DNA of 64,000 bases from Acidobacteriota bacterium (GTDB taxonomy: Bacteria > Acidobacteriota > UBA6911 > RPQK01 > JAJDTT01), in assembly GCA_965209055.1 (NCBI GenBank), contig OZ242374.1, forward strand, positions 800,001 through 864,000. The letters run 5' to 3'. Every line of letters begins with the position of its first letter. The stretch's first letter is position 1. This document shows, in pieces, positions 50,001 to 60,168 of this stretch. The translations under genes and the position numbers were made by a program. A model generated the notes under the pieces. It did not search any database, was not told the DNA's origin, and saw only the letters and a program-made list of their open reading frames with translations.

Positions 50001-50419
50001 GCCTCACCCCATTGGACGGTGTCGGTGTTGATCACCGGCACCTCGCTGCGTACGGTCACCTGCTCGGCCACTTCACCCACTTGCAGTTTGACGTCGAACC
50101 GCTGGGTGACCCGAGCGGCCAGATAGTTGTCAATATTGACGTACTTCCTGAATCCGGGCAGTTCCGCGCTGAGGGTGTAAGTGTTCGGCGCCTGCACGAC
50201 CGAGAATTGGAAGTCCCCGCGATCGTCGCTGATGGTCTCGCGGATGAACCCAGTGTCTTGGTTGGTCAAGGTCACCGTTACCCCTGGGACTACCGCCCCC
50301 CCGGTGTCGGTGACGGTTCCCAGCACGGTGGCGGCCGTGGTCTGCGCCTGTGCTGGTGTCAGCAGGAGGGGGATAAGCGCCGGGATCAGCAGAACCCAGA
50401 AAAATCGTCTGTTGTTCAT
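47003..50419 (-). CDS. TonB-dependent receptor, Oar/acidobacterial type
   Basis: Signal peptide, GTVTDTGGAVVPG carboxypeptidase-like domain, GGPVYIPKIYDGRDKTWFF, FVQDD, SPRLGFAY and C-terminal Phe. Confidence 0.93.
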   Translation of the reverse strand: MNNRRFFWVLLIPALIPLLLTPAQAQTTAATVLGTVTDTGGAVVPGVTVTLTNQDTGFIRETISDDRGDFQFSVVQAPNTYTLSAELPGFRKYVNIDNYLAARVTQRFDVKLQVGEVAEQVTVRSEVPVINTDTVQWGEARTDRLVNAGPRGTMIMSRFGHASRPLSLAFINADVADSYKSNGSRSTMTQTSVDGTPMNGEQVGPPFSAIAEEKTVALNAAAEYRTPLTIDAVTKRGENRPHGMFTINMRHPRLQARWPGPPGATRNPGEWAFRYNWTYGGPVYIPKIYDGRDKTWFFFSFEQNPPTNITFGQGTWYNTPTAAMRRGDLSAYLAKIRPELGELKDPLTGETFAGNIIPRSRWNPVAINMIDQWLLEPTGSNVGDPDIPVQNLQFQGNAQGANKQWIYRIDQSILNRNTFGISHTQRDFWETCHCGASTWFGARHPATGQDQFGNLNDVFNVFDTHIFTPGLINEFRFGWFRRDAYNRTDQTAALFIDSLGIDLGDDAATRKGFNTLPFISVDTIHTIGTRAGATNTTVNNNFSVRNNLSYRTGIHSWKLGYDHAIRHLGDLRASRAVAGAWTHTGFFTGDPFADFLLGLPTTTGRHTPRPAVEGRYSEFGLFVQDDVQVSSRLKLNIGVRYDRISPRRDVNGAWYNFNMATGALVVPEAGRGLIAPAFHPAIPIETASEARFPNHLVNSLTKWSPRLGFAYRLDDKTVLRSGFGMFMHDSGTTNNYFSTLLTGGPFALDENFRNTITDGVPLVTTDRPFPRATVGGSAPATFNIQGVNPKIKEPYLMQWNLTLERQLGRETSFRFSYVGASTVSMWYARDINLPPASTIPFTEERLIYPHNPGFDDIIYLDSGGHMSHNQFQWQFTRRMSRTPIGGLMFDGMFQWIKEIEDVEDATAFASAFGRGYFPRVGGFAGIEDPYDRNRDRADAYMNPASIRINFIWELPWGPDQPYLSHLRRGSILSGLLGGWEFSGVFDAGTGRPYHQYYSGFDPTNTGRFRGRASMSKAGCDPQVRPHSYTRPTTVNINCFKVPDPGTYGTTPRDAVSRLPGWAFDATVYKFIPIRWLHEDINARLSVTFVNPFNHVVASRDRGLFVTSPARFGIPSRGGGLLRFGSAPRSAHFQFQIVF

Positions 50420-50749
50420 GACCTCTCCTTATTTCAGAAGAAAACGGATTGAAGAGAGCGCCTGGGAATGCACTCGGTAGTAGTAGGAGACAAAATGCTG
50501 CATGCAGCCGGGTTGGCTGGGGGTCGCCTGAATGGGCTAACTCCTACCAAAATGGTTCCCGGTCTACTTCGTCCAGGAAAAAATGAGTTTCGAGCCCCCT
50601 GGGATACGGACCCGAGCAGTGATCGAAAGGTACCATGTGTCATCCAGGATTGCAATAACGATTTTGGAATCACTATTTAGCTCGCATTTTTCACCATTGG
50701 GCGCTTAGGAAACCAGATTTCCGGAGTGGGGAGGACGGACCAAGTGAAC

Positions 50750-51520
50750 ATGAGAGGCAAGGCGGCAGTCGTCACCGGCGCCGGCGCCGGCATCGGCCGG
50801 GGGGTGGCGTTGAAATTCGGCGAACACGGGGCCAGTGTGGCGGCTATCGACATCAATTTCGGCACGGCCCGGGAGACGGCCCGCGAGATCCGTCAGAGCG
50901 GTGGAGAAGCGCTGGAGCTGCAGGCCGACGTCGGCGAGGAGAGCAGCACCGACGCCGCATTCGAGAGGATCCTGGACAAGTTCGGCGCCGTCGACGTCCT
51001 GGTGAACGTCGCCGGCATCGAGCACTACCAGGAATTCCTGGAATTTACGGACCAGGAGTTCGACCGGCAGATCGCCGTCAACCTGAAGAGCGTGTTCTTC
51101 TGCAGCCGGCGGGTGATTCCTTCCATGATCCGGAACGGGGGCGGCAGCATCGTCAACACCGCCTCGGTGCAGGCCCTGGCCACCACCGGACAGATCGCAC
51201 CCTACGCCGCCGCCAAGGGGGGCATCCTGGCCATGACGCGGGACATGGCCCGCGACTTGGGCCACTACAACATCCGCGTCAACACCATCTGTCCCGGCTG
51301 CATTCAGACCCCCATGCTGGACCGGTCCTTCACCAGCACCGCCGACCGGGACGCCTACATGGAGAAGCTGGAGGCCTCCCTTCCCCTGGGACGGGTGGGT
51401 TTGCCTGAAGACATCGCCAACGTGGCCCTGTTTCTGGCCTCCCCTCTGTCCGCCTACGTCACGGGAATCGCCATCAACGTGGACGGAGGGATGATGAGCA
51501 AGTTGCCGCTGCCGGAGTAG
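50750..51520 (+). CDS. Short-chain dehydrogenase/reductase
   Basis: TGAGAGIG, YAAAK, IRVNTICPG and VDGG. Confidence 0.93.
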   Translation: MRGKAAVVTGAGAGIGRGVALKFGEHGASVAAIDINFGTARETAREIRQSGGEALELQADVGEESSTDAAFERILDKFGAVDVLVNVAGIEHYQEFLEFTDQEFDRQIAVNLKSVFFCSRRVIPSMIRNGGGSIVNTASVQALATTGQIAPYAAAKGGILAMTRDMARDLGHYNIRVNTICPGCIQTPMLDRSFTSTADRDAYMEKLEASLPLGRVGLPEDIANVALFLASPLSAYVTGIAINVDGGMMSKLPLPE

Positions 51521-51692
51521 TTGTGAGGGGGGACCTTCCTGTCCCCCAGTCCTCTACTCTCCGATGCCGCGTCGGGAGTCCGGCGGCCCATTCTCCACGG
51601 TCGCATCCCGGCGGAAAAGTTGGTGCTCCCCCGGACGTGGAGCCGATATCTTCCGGGTGGACCGGCGTCCGACGGGGGAGAGGAGATTGAAA

Positions 51693-54464
51693 ATGCCGAA
51701 TCCAAGTCGCGGAACTTCCCTTTTCCCCCTTCTACTGGCCCTCTCGTTGGGGGCCGGCTTCCCCTCGCTGGCCGCCCAAAGTTGGAACGAAGACAGCTAC
51801 CAGGACTTCGCCGACGGCCGGCTGGACGCCTCCGGCCAGAACATCTACGTGTCTCGGAACGGGACCGTCCGCACCATCCACCGCTTCGATCTGAATCAGG
51901 ACGGCCACCTGGACCTGATCTTCAACAATACGCATGACAGCATCACCTACGTGGATGCCACGTGGGCCGGCTTCGACTCCGCCCGGACACTCACCCATTC
52001 TTCGCTGGCGGTGTTGGGGAGTCTCCGGGCGGTCGCGGGAGACCTGAACCGGGACGGCATCACCGACCTGGTCTTCTGTCCCAACCCCGACGGGATTCAA
52101 CACCCCCGCAGGTTCATTTCCATCGCGTGGGGCGGTGCGGAGGGCTGGACTTCCAACCGGATCAGTGGGGTCCTGCCGGCCTGGAACCCCCGGACGGTGG
52201 CCGTCGCCGACCTGAACCGCGACCATTGGCCCGACATCGTGGTCCTGGCTCAGGCGCCCCGGAGGCAGCCGGACGGGACACCGGTCAAGAGCATGGTGAT
52301 GAAGGTGTTCTGGGGCGGTCGACTGGGCTTTTACCTGGGCCGGCGTCAAATCCAGGAACTCCCCATGTCGGTCGACATGAAGGCGGCCGATTTCGACGCC
52401 GACGGAGCACGGGACATCGCGGTGCTGACCGCCGAAAGCGAGATCCGGATCTTCTGGGCGTCTTCCGAGCCGTCCGCCGTGCCCGTGATCTTGAACGCCA
52501 CTCGCATTCCTCTCTCCGGCCCTGCGGCCGGCTGCGTGGCGGCCGGGGACATCGACGGAGACGGGCGCACCGACCTGGTGGCGGGAACTTTCGACGGGAC
52601 CCTCTACACCGTCACCGCCGGCGCCCATCGAAAATGGAACCAGCCGGCACGGAGGCAAGCGGCGCCGGCTTCCCACATCTCGGTCGGCGATCTGGACGGC
52701 GATGGACACGCCGACCTGGCGTTGACGGAGTTCGGTATCCGGCATGCTTCGGGAGGAGAACGGGGCGCCGCCGACAGTCCGGGAGGGATCCGGATCCTCT
52801 GGGGAGAGGCGGGAAAGTTCGATCCTGCGCACTCGCTCAACCTGGAGGTGGATCACCCTTCGGCCTCGGCCATCGGCGATCTGGACGGCGACGGAAGGTC
52901 CGATCTGGCGGCGGCCGTCTACCAAGGAACGTCAAACTTTGCCGCGGAGTCCGCTGTCTTTTTCGGAAACGGCGACCGCTCCTTCCGGCGGGCAAGGCGC
53001 GGCATCCCCTCCTCCGGAGCCGCGGACGTGCTGGTGGTCCCGGCGGAAGAAGACCTGCCGGCCCGGGTCGTCCTCTGCAACAGCCAGGGCGGCACTCTGA
53101 ACGAGAGGGTTCCCCTCTACGTCTACTGGGGCGGCAAGGGGGGCTTCCACCCGGACCGCCGATGGGTGATCCCCTTCAGCGGCGGCTACGGCGCCGTCGG
53201 CGCCGACCTCAACGCCGACGGCATCACCGATCTGGTGGCCATGAACTCCGGACACAGCGGTCACGCGGACCCCGACGTGGGCGCCCACATTCTCTGGGGG
53301 ACATCCCGGGGGTTCGACCTGGACGGAAACCGAACCATCCTCTCGGAGAATCATCTCTCTTCCGGCAACGTCGCCGACTTGAACCGCGACGGCTACCTGG
53401 ACCTGATCCTGAACGGTTTCGATCCGGCCCAAACCACCCTCTACTACGGATCGGAGACTGGATTCCACCGGAGCCGGCGCCTGGTCGTGCCCTCGGTGCT
53501 GACCGTGGCCGACTTCAACCGGGACGGCTGGTTGGACCTGTCCGGGAGCGCGCCGAGCGGAGCGGTGGGGATCCTCTGGGGCGGCCCGGAGGGACCGAGC
53601 CGCGAACTGGAATCCATAGGATACGTCCCCTGGGCGGCCAACCAGGAAACGGCCGACCTCAACGCCGACGGACACCTGGATTTGATCGTGGGCGGCTACG
53701 CCGATCCCACCACCCGGATCTCCGATGTCGGACTCTTCATCTTCTGGGGATCGGTCGAGGGCTTCACTCCCTGGAACGCCCAGTGGCTGCCCGGCATGGG
53801 ACAACTGGGCCCGTTGGTGGCCGACTTCGACCGGGACGGCTTCCTGGACCTGTTCGCGCCCTCCTATCACGGAACCGGCGTCCGGGAGTCCATGCCCTCA
53901 TACCTGTTCTGGGGAAGCCGGGACGGCCTGCGCGCCGAGAACAAGACCCGGCTCGTGTGCGACAGCGCCAGCGACGCCATGGCGGGAGATTTCGATCAGG
54001 ACGGACTTCTCGACCTGGCCGTCGTCTGCCATACCCGCCACGGGGACCACCGCATCGACTCGAAGGTGTTCTACAACGATGGAAAGCGATTTTCCGCCCC
54101 CAGGACGGTGGGGCTTCCCACCCTGGGGGGACACACCATCTACCTGACCGACGTCGGTCACATCTACGATCGGAGCTGGCGCCAGACCTACGATTCCTCC
54201 CTGTTTCACTGGGACGGTGAGCGTAGCGGCGGCCGGCTGGAAGCCAAGGCGGAAACGCCCGCCCACAGCCGGCTGAGGTTCCGCGTCCGGTCGGGAGCCG
54301 AACCGTCCGGACTGGAGCAAAAGCCCTGGCGCCAGGTGAACGGGGACCAATTCCCCCTGGAGAGCGGCGACCGCGTCCTGCAGTACCAGGCCGTCTTCGA
54401 GTCCGGCAATGGAGACAGCTACCCGATCCTGGACCGGGTGACGATCGAGCTGAGCTCCGAGTAG
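51693..54464 (+). CDS. Secreted FG-GAP/VCBS repeat protein
   Basis: More than ten D(L/F)(N/D)xDGxxD repeats; signal peptide; AGGAG RBS. Confidence 0.88.
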   Translation: MPNPSRGTSLFPLLLALSLGAGFPSLAAQSWNEDSYQDFADGRLDASGQNIYVSRNGTVRTIHRFDLNQDGHLDLIFNNTHDSITYVDATWAGFDSARTLTHSSLAVLGSLRAVAGDLNRDGITDLVFCPNPDGIQHPRRFISIAWGGAEGWTSNRISGVLPAWNPRTVAVADLNRDHWPDIVVLAQAPRRQPDGTPVKSMVMKVFWGGRLGFYLGRRQIQELPMSVDMKAADFDADGARDIAVLTAESEIRIFWASSEPSAVPVILNATRIPLSGPAAGCVAAGDIDGDGRTDLVAGTFDGTLYTVTAGAHRKWNQPARRQAAPASHISVGDLDGDGHADLALTEFGIRHASGGERGAADSPGGIRILWGEAGKFDPAHSLNLEVDHPSASAIGDLDGDGRSDLAAAVYQGTSNFAAESAVFFGNGDRSFRRARRGIPSSGAADVLVVPAEEDLPARVVLCNSQGGTLNERVPLYVYWGGKGGFHPDRRWVIPFSGGYGAVGADLNADGITDLVAMNSGHSGHADPDVGAHILWGTSRGFDLDGNRTILSENHLSSGNVADLNRDGYLDLILNGFDPAQTTLYYGSETGFHRSRRLVVPSVLTVADFNRDGWLDLSGSAPSGAVGILWGGPEGPSRELESIGYVPWAANQETADLNADGHLDLIVGGYADPTTRISDVGLFIFWGSVEGFTPWNAQWLPGMGQLGPLVADFDRDGFLDLFAPSYHGTGVRESMPSYLFWGSRDGLRAENKTRLVCDSASDAMAGDFDQDGLLDLAVVCHTRHGDHRIDSKVFYNDGKRFSAPRTVGLPTLGGHTIYLTDVGHIYDRSWRQTYDSSLFHWDGERSGGRLEAKAETPAHSRLRFRVRSGAEPSGLEQKPWRQVNGDQFPLESGDRVLQYQAVFESGNGDSYPILDRVTIELSSE

Positions 54465-54474
54465 GGGCACCAGG

Positions 54475-56961
54475 TTACGAACTCAGCAGCAGGAAGACGA
54501 TGGCAATGGGAGCCCCGGCGGCGAGGCTGCAGAGAAGGAGGTAACGCCAGGATCGTCCCCGCGTCGGCAGCAGGCTCGCCGCCGAACCCACCACGACGTG
54601 GACGATGAAGGGGAACAGATAGATCCATTGGAAGCTGAGACTGGGGCCACCGGTCAAAATGTCCCAGAAAGCCCACAGGAAGGCGAAGGAAAAACCGTAG
54701 ACGGCCCCCACAATCGCTCCGAACGGAGTCGAGAACGGCACGAACAGGCACATGAAGAAGAGCCCGAACAGGGGAGCGACGAACAGCCCGTTGGTCTTGT
54801 TGGTCACTTCGGTGATGTTGCCGGGGACGTTACCCACCGGCGCACTGAGAAGGACCACGGCGATGCCGATGCCCAGCACCAGCGCCCGGGCCAGTTTGAC
54901 GCTGTGTTCCTTCCGCAGTTTCCGGCGGCGGAAACGGCCCAGGAAATCGACGTGGAACACGGTCACGATGGAATTGATGCCCGAGTCGAGGCTCGACATG
55001 GCGGCGGCGAACATGGCCGCGATGACCAGGCCGGCCAATCCGTGCGGCAGATAGTTGGCGATGAAGTGGGGAAACAGAAAATCGGCGTCCGCCAGCAGGT
55101 CCTTGCCGTCGGCGATGGCGTGGGGGTTGGCCTGGAAGAAACCCAGGACCGAGAAGCCCAACCCGGCCAGCAGCACGGAGACGGCTAAGCCGGCGCCGAC
55201 GTTGATGTACAGGGCGCGCCGGGCGGCCTTGGCGTCCCGCGTCGCCAGATAACGCTGAATGGCCACCTGATCGGAACCGTAGGTGAAGATGGTCCACACC
55301 GCCCCGGAGAGGATCGACCCGATCACCGTCACTCGTATTGCCGGATTCCAGTCGAAGACAGGAATTTGGTCCCAGTGCGGCGCCCATGAAGTCGGGACCC
55401 AACCGCCGAGACCGATGTCCATGGTGACCATCGCAATCGTGATCAGACCTCCGGCGAAGAGGATGAGGAATTGGATGACGTCCGTGATCACGACGGCCCG
55501 CAAACCCCCGAGGGCGGTGTAGAGCACCGCGACCGCCCCGGCCACCATCACCACCGTCGGCGTCATCGACTCGGGCCAACCCACCATGACCACCACGGCC
55601 TTGGCCGCCAGATAGATGAGCAGAGCCATCCAGATCAGGCGCGTCAGGATGAAGATCACCGCCGCCGTCAGCCGGACCCCGATTCCCAGACGGCCCTCCA
55701 GAAGCTCGTAGGCGCTGGTGATGGGCAGCTTCATGAAAACGGGGATGAGGAAGTAACCGCAACAGACGACGATCAGTGGGATCCCCAACGTTCCCCAGAC
55801 CACGATGCCCGGCCCGTGCTTGACCAGCTCCCCGGGAACCGCCAGATAGGAAATCGTGCTCAGCAGCGTGGCGTACAGCGAAATCCCGATGACGAACGAA
55901 CCGAGGCTGCGGCTGCCCAGGAAATACTCCTCGGTGTCGGTCTGGCGGCGCGAGTAGTACCAGCCGACGCCGAGCATGAAGACGCCGTAGGCGGCGACCA
56001 CGAACCAGTCCACCCACCCCAGGCCCCGGAAATCACGCCGCTCGATCCTGAGCAGCGCATTGGCGGCGGCGACTCGGATCTCGGCATCAGTCGCCTGGCG
56101 GACCAGAAGCGGTTCCAACAGGGGGATCTGGTCCCCGTCTCCGCCGTGGGCCAAAGCCTCGATGGCTTCCAACCGTTGTTCCCGGGTCCCGTTCCGGACG
56201 TAGGATTGGAGTTCGGACTTCGAAACAGGATTACCGGCCCCGTGCACGTAGAGCGCGCTCAGCAGGTAGATCCGGACGTTTGAATCCACCTCCTCACTGG
56301 AAAGAGCCCGCTCCAAAGCGGAACGGACCTCGGGACCGGCGCTCTCCAGGCGGCGGAGCGCAAATGCGGCTCGAGCGCGGACCGCCGGGTCCCCGGACTC
56401 CAGCCGGGAGGCCAACCTGGTTTGGTCCTCGCCCGATCCGGAAGCCGCCAACAGCCAGAGGGCGTCCACCTGCCGGAAGCCTTCACCCTCACCAGCCAGC
56501 CGCAGCAACTCCGCCGGACGGCCCGCATAGCCCATATTGGCCAACGCCTCTGCGGCCCGGCTGCCCCGTTCGCCCTCACTCGACAGAAAGGCCTCGAGGA
56601 TCCGATCCACATACTGTTGCCTCTCCAGGTCATGTTGGCTCTTCCTGAGCGTCGCCTGCGCCAGGATCTGCCAGACGCCGATCTCATGACTGGAACCGGG
56701 TTCCGCCGCCTCGCTGGAGAAGGCCTCCTTGACGCCTTCGCTGGAGTTGTTCCAGAGCAGGGCTTCGGCGGCCCGAATGCGGACCCACCCCCGCTCTTCC
56801 TGCAGCGCTTGCCGCAGAACCTGGACGCTGCGCTCCCGGAGGAGCCGCTCGGGGTCCTCTGCGAAGACGGGAGCAATCCCAAAGCACAGGAGCACGAGGA
56901 GTACCGCCGCGCGGCGAGCGCGAAGTCGAAAATCCGAACTCCCGGATCCTTCTTGTGGCAC
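54475..56961 (-). CDS. HEAT-repeat domain fused to a sodium:solute symporter
   Basis: Signal-like helix, HEAT repeats (VRIRAAEAL, VRARAAFAL, IRVAAANAL), then YFLGSR, GGLRAVVITD, QRYLA and FAAAMSSLDSG; GTG start inferred. Confidence 0.85.
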   Translation of the reverse strand: MPQEGSGSSDFRLRARRAAVLLVLLCFGIAPVFAEDPERLLRERSVQVLRQALQEERGWVRIRAAEALLWNNSSEGVKEAFSSEAAEPGSSHEIGVWQILAQATLRKSQHDLERQQYVDRILEAFLSSEGERGSRAAEALANMGYAGRPAELLRLAGEGEGFRQVDALWLLAASGSGEDQTRLASRLESGDPAVRARAAFALRRLESAGPEVRSALERALSSEEVDSNVRIYLLSALYVHGAGNPVSKSELQSYVRNGTREQRLEAIEALAHGGDGDQIPLLEPLLVRQATDAEIRVAAANALLRIERRDFRGLGWVDWFVVAAYGVFMLGVGWYYSRRQTDTEEYFLGSRSLGSFVIGISLYATLLSTISYLAVPGELVKHGPGIVVWGTLGIPLIVVCCGYFLIPVFMKLPITSAYELLEGRLGIGVRLTAAVIFILTRLIWMALLIYLAAKAVVVMVGWPESMTPTVVMVAGAVAVLYTALGGLRAVVITDVIQFLILFAGGLITIAMVTMDIGLGGWVPTSWAPHWDQIPVFDWNPAIRVTVIGSILSGAVWTIFTYGSDQVAIQRYLATRDAKAARRALYINVGAGLAVSVLLAGLGFSVLGFFQANPHAIADGKDLLADADFLFPHFIANYLPHGLAGLVIAAMFAAAMSSLDSGINSIVTVFHVDFLGRFRRRKLRKEHSVKLARALVLGIGIAVVLLSAPVGNVPGNITEVTNKTNGLFVAPLFGLFFMCLFVPFSTPFGAIVGAVYGFSFAFLWAFWDILTGGPSLSFQWIYLFPFIVHVVVGSAASLLPTRGRSWRYLLLCSLAAGAPIAIVFLLLSS

Positions 56962-57002
56962 GGTTGTTCCCCAATCCGGCGATTGGAAATCGCCGCTCCG
57001 GC

Positions 57003-60000
57003 CTAGCCTACCCCCAAATACTGCGATGTGCCGGTGATGGGTTCTTCCGGCTCGCCGCCGCTGCCTTCCGGTTCGGGAGGCGCCTTTTCGAGCTGGTAGA
57101 CGGTTCGCTCTCCCAGGTCCGCGCTCACGTCGCCTCGCCGGACTTCCGGAAGGACCAGGCGCAGGGTTTTGATCTCGCCGGCGGCCAGAGGCAGTCCCTG
57201 GGCCGGCGCCGCCGGGTCGAGTTGTTTCAGGTTGTCCTCCAGAAGATCGGTCTCCCAGGCATCGACCACCGGTAGCGGACCAAATTTGCGTGGGATCAAC
57301 GGCGCCCCTCCGCGGCGGTGAAGCGCCAGCTCGTAGGGACGGAAGGTGACGAAGGGGGCCAGGAGCTCGCAGGTCATGTTCACCGGACGGCCCTCTGCCT
57401 CGTAGGCCCGGGCTACCAGGTCCTCTCCCACCTGCGACAGCTTCAATGCCGAGAGCACCACGTTGTCCGGGGCCACCGCCATCAGGCTCGCTCGCTCCGG
57501 AAGGATGTCGTAGCGGCGGTCGGGAACGATGGGCAGGAGCCGGTTCCATCCGGCCAGATGCTCCCAGCCGAACCGCCAGGCCCGCCCGCTCTTCCAGTCT
57601 CCGGCGTGGGAGGTCAACGAGAGTTGAGCCTCCTGTTCTCCCGGAAAGAAGTTGAAGGTGGGGGCGTAGATGCTGCAGTTGCTGGAAAGTTGGGCGCAGA
57701 GGACGCCCCGGTCGAACCGGATCATGCTCTTGGGAGGAGTGACGGTGACGCAGAAATCGCGCCGGTGGTCCCGGGCGCTCAGAAAACGTCCCGTCATGCG
57801 AGGGTCCCGGTCGGCCCTCGCCTTCTCCCCCGCCAGCCAGACCTCGTCCGCTCCCAGCCGGTCGGTCAGGTGCCGCTCGTGCTCCTGGGTGGCAAACAGA
57901 GTGTCGAAAACGATCTCAGGGTCCTCCAGGTTCAGAGGAAAGAACCAGCGCAACCCGTGCATGGGACGATTGTCCCAGTGCCAGCGGAAGAAGATGTCCA
58001 CGCGCCGCAGACCGGCATAGAGGACGCAACGCTGGCTCCAGTAGCCTCCGAAAAAGGCGGGGCCGTCCTTGGGAGTCAAGAGGGGACGGCGCACCTCGAT
58101 GCTGGCCGAAACGGCTCCTCCGCGGACCCGGATTTCCGCCGGGCCATGATCGCGGCTGCGGTACTCCCGCCCGGTGGGATCGAAGTCGATGCAGCTCCGG
58201 CCGCTGTCCTCCTCGATGAGGAGCTCACCGGCGCCGAAAGGAGCCGAACCGTCCACTAACTCGATTCCCAGCGTCTTGTCGTAGAGGCTCTCGCAGAAAC
58301 CGGTCACCGGGTCCAGACGGACCCGATAGAACTCGTTTTCGATGGAATTCCGACCCGTTTTGAGAGACGTTTCGGTCTCGTCCGACTTGCCGTTCCCGGT
58401 CAGATAGAAGGTCTCATATCCCATGGCGGGGACCCGGGCGCTGAAACGCACCGCACCCTCCGGCCCCAGTTCGTGGGGGACCGGGGAACCGGCGGAATCG
58501 GTGAGGGCCAGCCGGTCCGGGGAGACCGAGCCGGGCAGCGGAACCTGAACCACGTCCCGGCGCTCCCAATTCAACAGGTTGAACACCGCCACGGCCGGGT
58601 CCTCCCGCCGGAAGGCGATCTTGGAGGCGATCCGGTGCGCGGCCGAACCGGCCACATCGTCGGCCGCTCCCTGGACCCGCCTCAAGATGTCCCTGGTGTG
58701 CTGGATGGTCTCGTCGCCGGACCAGCCGATCTGCTCGTGCTGCTGGGTGAACAGCAGGTCGGACCAGAGGGCGGACAGCAGGTCCCGGGGGTAGAGGGCG
58801 CCGGTGACGCAATAGTCGAGGGCGGCGGCCTTCTCCGCGGCCGCCAGGGCGTAGCCGGCTCGATGGGACTGCTCCATGATGGGGTACATCCCATGGGCGT
58901 TCAGCGCGAAGTGGGGCAGGTAGCCCTGGTGGTGATCCCGCCGGACCCGGGAATCGGACGCGACCCGGTCCGAGAACCGGCTCAGGGTATTGAACCGCGC
59001 CTGGGGAGTGACGAAACTGCGGTTCCAGGCCGCCACCCGGTTGATGAGCGCGCGCCTGGATTCGGCCTGGTCCCGGGCCGCGGCGTGACCGACGTAGGGG
59101 GCGCCCCAAGCCGCGAGCACGGCGCGAATGGAGGCAGCCGTCTGGCGCACGACCTTGCTCCGGGAGGTGAAACTTCCCTCGATCAGTTCGTCGGTCCGCC
59201 AGAGGGCGGAGATGGTGGGCGTGGTGTACCCGGCCAAGACCCCTTCCTGGGGGACGAAGCTGGGATGGCGAGTGCCGTCGGCCCCCTCAACGTCGAGCAA
59301 CTGACTGCCTGAGCGTCGAGGATAGATGCCCCCGTAGCGCCCGCGCCAGAAGAAGGAGATCCCGCATTTGTCCAGGATCTGCGGCATCTGCGGGTCGAAC
59401 CCGGGACTGTCGCAGGAGTAGAGGACGCGGCCCTGCGCCCCCAGACGGCGGCGGAGCCACCATTGGCTTTCGGCGAATTGCCGGATGTAGGATTCCCCTT
59501 CATAGAAGTCGGCGTAACTGGGCGCCAGGGTGGGGCTGATGTCCAGCCTTCCTTTGCGGATGAAGCGTTTCACCGTCTCCTGCAACTGCGGCCGCTTGTG
59601 CAACAGGTTCTTGAGCCCGTAGAGGAATTCCACGTTATAGGTGTAGTGGTCGTCTTCCGAGATCAGTTGGACGGCGTCGCGCAGGGACCGGAACGCCTCC
59701 CAGTGTTCGGGCAGACCGGTAAAATAGCCGAAACAGAGATGGGAGGAGGGCATCAGGTGGTATTCGAAGTGGGGGACCGGCCCGGTCTCGAACTCGGCCG
59801 CGGCCAGAATCCGATCTCCGGCAAGCAGCCGGACCGAGGCCTTGGTGACGGTGGCGACGTCCTTCACCACTGCCAGGAGCGACAACTTGCCGGCTTCCCG
59901 CAAAGGCTCGGCAGGACAGCGCAGGGTTGCGCCTCCCGCCGTCGTCTCCAGTCTCAGGGCGGGCGGGAACGGCGCCCCCGCATCCTCAATCACGACTTCA

Positions 60001-60086
60001 ATCCAGCGATGCGGGTGAGACAGATCCGCACTCGGGCGGCCCACCACCGGCAGCGGGTCCACTCTCAGAATCTTCCACTCTTTCAT
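57003..60086 (-). CDS. GH38 alpha-mannosidase-like protein with an atypical active site
   Basis: SSHLCFGY, GESYIRQF, CDSPG...QMPQIL, VFNLLNW, VPAMGY, IENEFYRV and VVLSALK. Confidence 0.8.
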   Translation of the reverse strand: MKEWKILRVDPLPVVGRPSADLSHPHRWIEVVIEDAGAPFPPALRLETTAGGATLRCPAEPLREAGKLSLLAVVKDVATVTKASVRLLAGDRILAAAEFETGPVPHFEYHLMPSSHLCFGYFTGLPEHWEAFRSLRDAVQLISEDDHYTYNVEFLYGLKNLLHKRPQLQETVKRFIRKGRLDISPTLAPSYADFYEGESYIRQFAESQWWLRRRLGAQGRVLYSCDSPGFDPQMPQILDKCGISFFWRGRYGGIYPRRSGSQLLDVEGADGTRHPSFVPQEGVLAGYTTPTISALWRTDELIEGSFTSRSKVVRQTAASIRAVLAAWGAPYVGHAAARDQAESRRALINRVAAWNRSFVTPQARFNTLSRFSDRVASDSRVRRDHHQGYLPHFALNAHGMYPIMEQSHRAGYALAAAEKAAALDYCVTGALYPRDLLSALWSDLLFTQQHEQIGWSGDETIQHTRDILRRVQGAADDVAGSAAHRIASKIAFRREDPAVAVFNLLNWERRDVVQVPLPGSVSPDRLALTDSAGSPVPHELGPEGAVRFSARVPAMGYETFYLTGNGKSDETETSLKTGRNSIENEFYRVRLDPVTGFCESLYDKTLGIELVDGSAPFGAGELLIEEDSGRSCIDFDPTGREYRSRDHGPAEIRVRGGAVSASIEVRRPLLTPKDGPAFFGGYWSQRCVLYAGLRRVDIFFRWHWDNRPMHGLRWFFPLNLEDPEIVFDTLFATQEHERHLTDRLGADEVWLAGEKARADRDPRMTGRFLSARDHRRDFCVTVTPPKSMIRFDRGVLCAQLSSNCSIYAPTFNFFPGEQEAQLSLTSHAGDWKSGRAWRFGWEHLAGWNRLLPIVPDRRYDILPERASLMAVAPDNVVLSALKLSQVGEDLVARAYEAEGRPVNMTCELLAPFVTFRPYELALHRRGGAPLIPRKFGPLPVVDAWETDLLEDNLKQLDPAAPAQGLPLAAGEIKTLRLVLPEVRRGDVSADLGERTVYQLEKAPPEPEGSGGEPEEPITGTSQYLGVG

Positions 60087-60168
60087 GTCGCGCTCCGTAT
60101 CTTTTTTCGCAAGCTCGGCCGGGATGGCTTTGATTCGAGCCTATCAACATCCGGAATCAGGAGAAACC

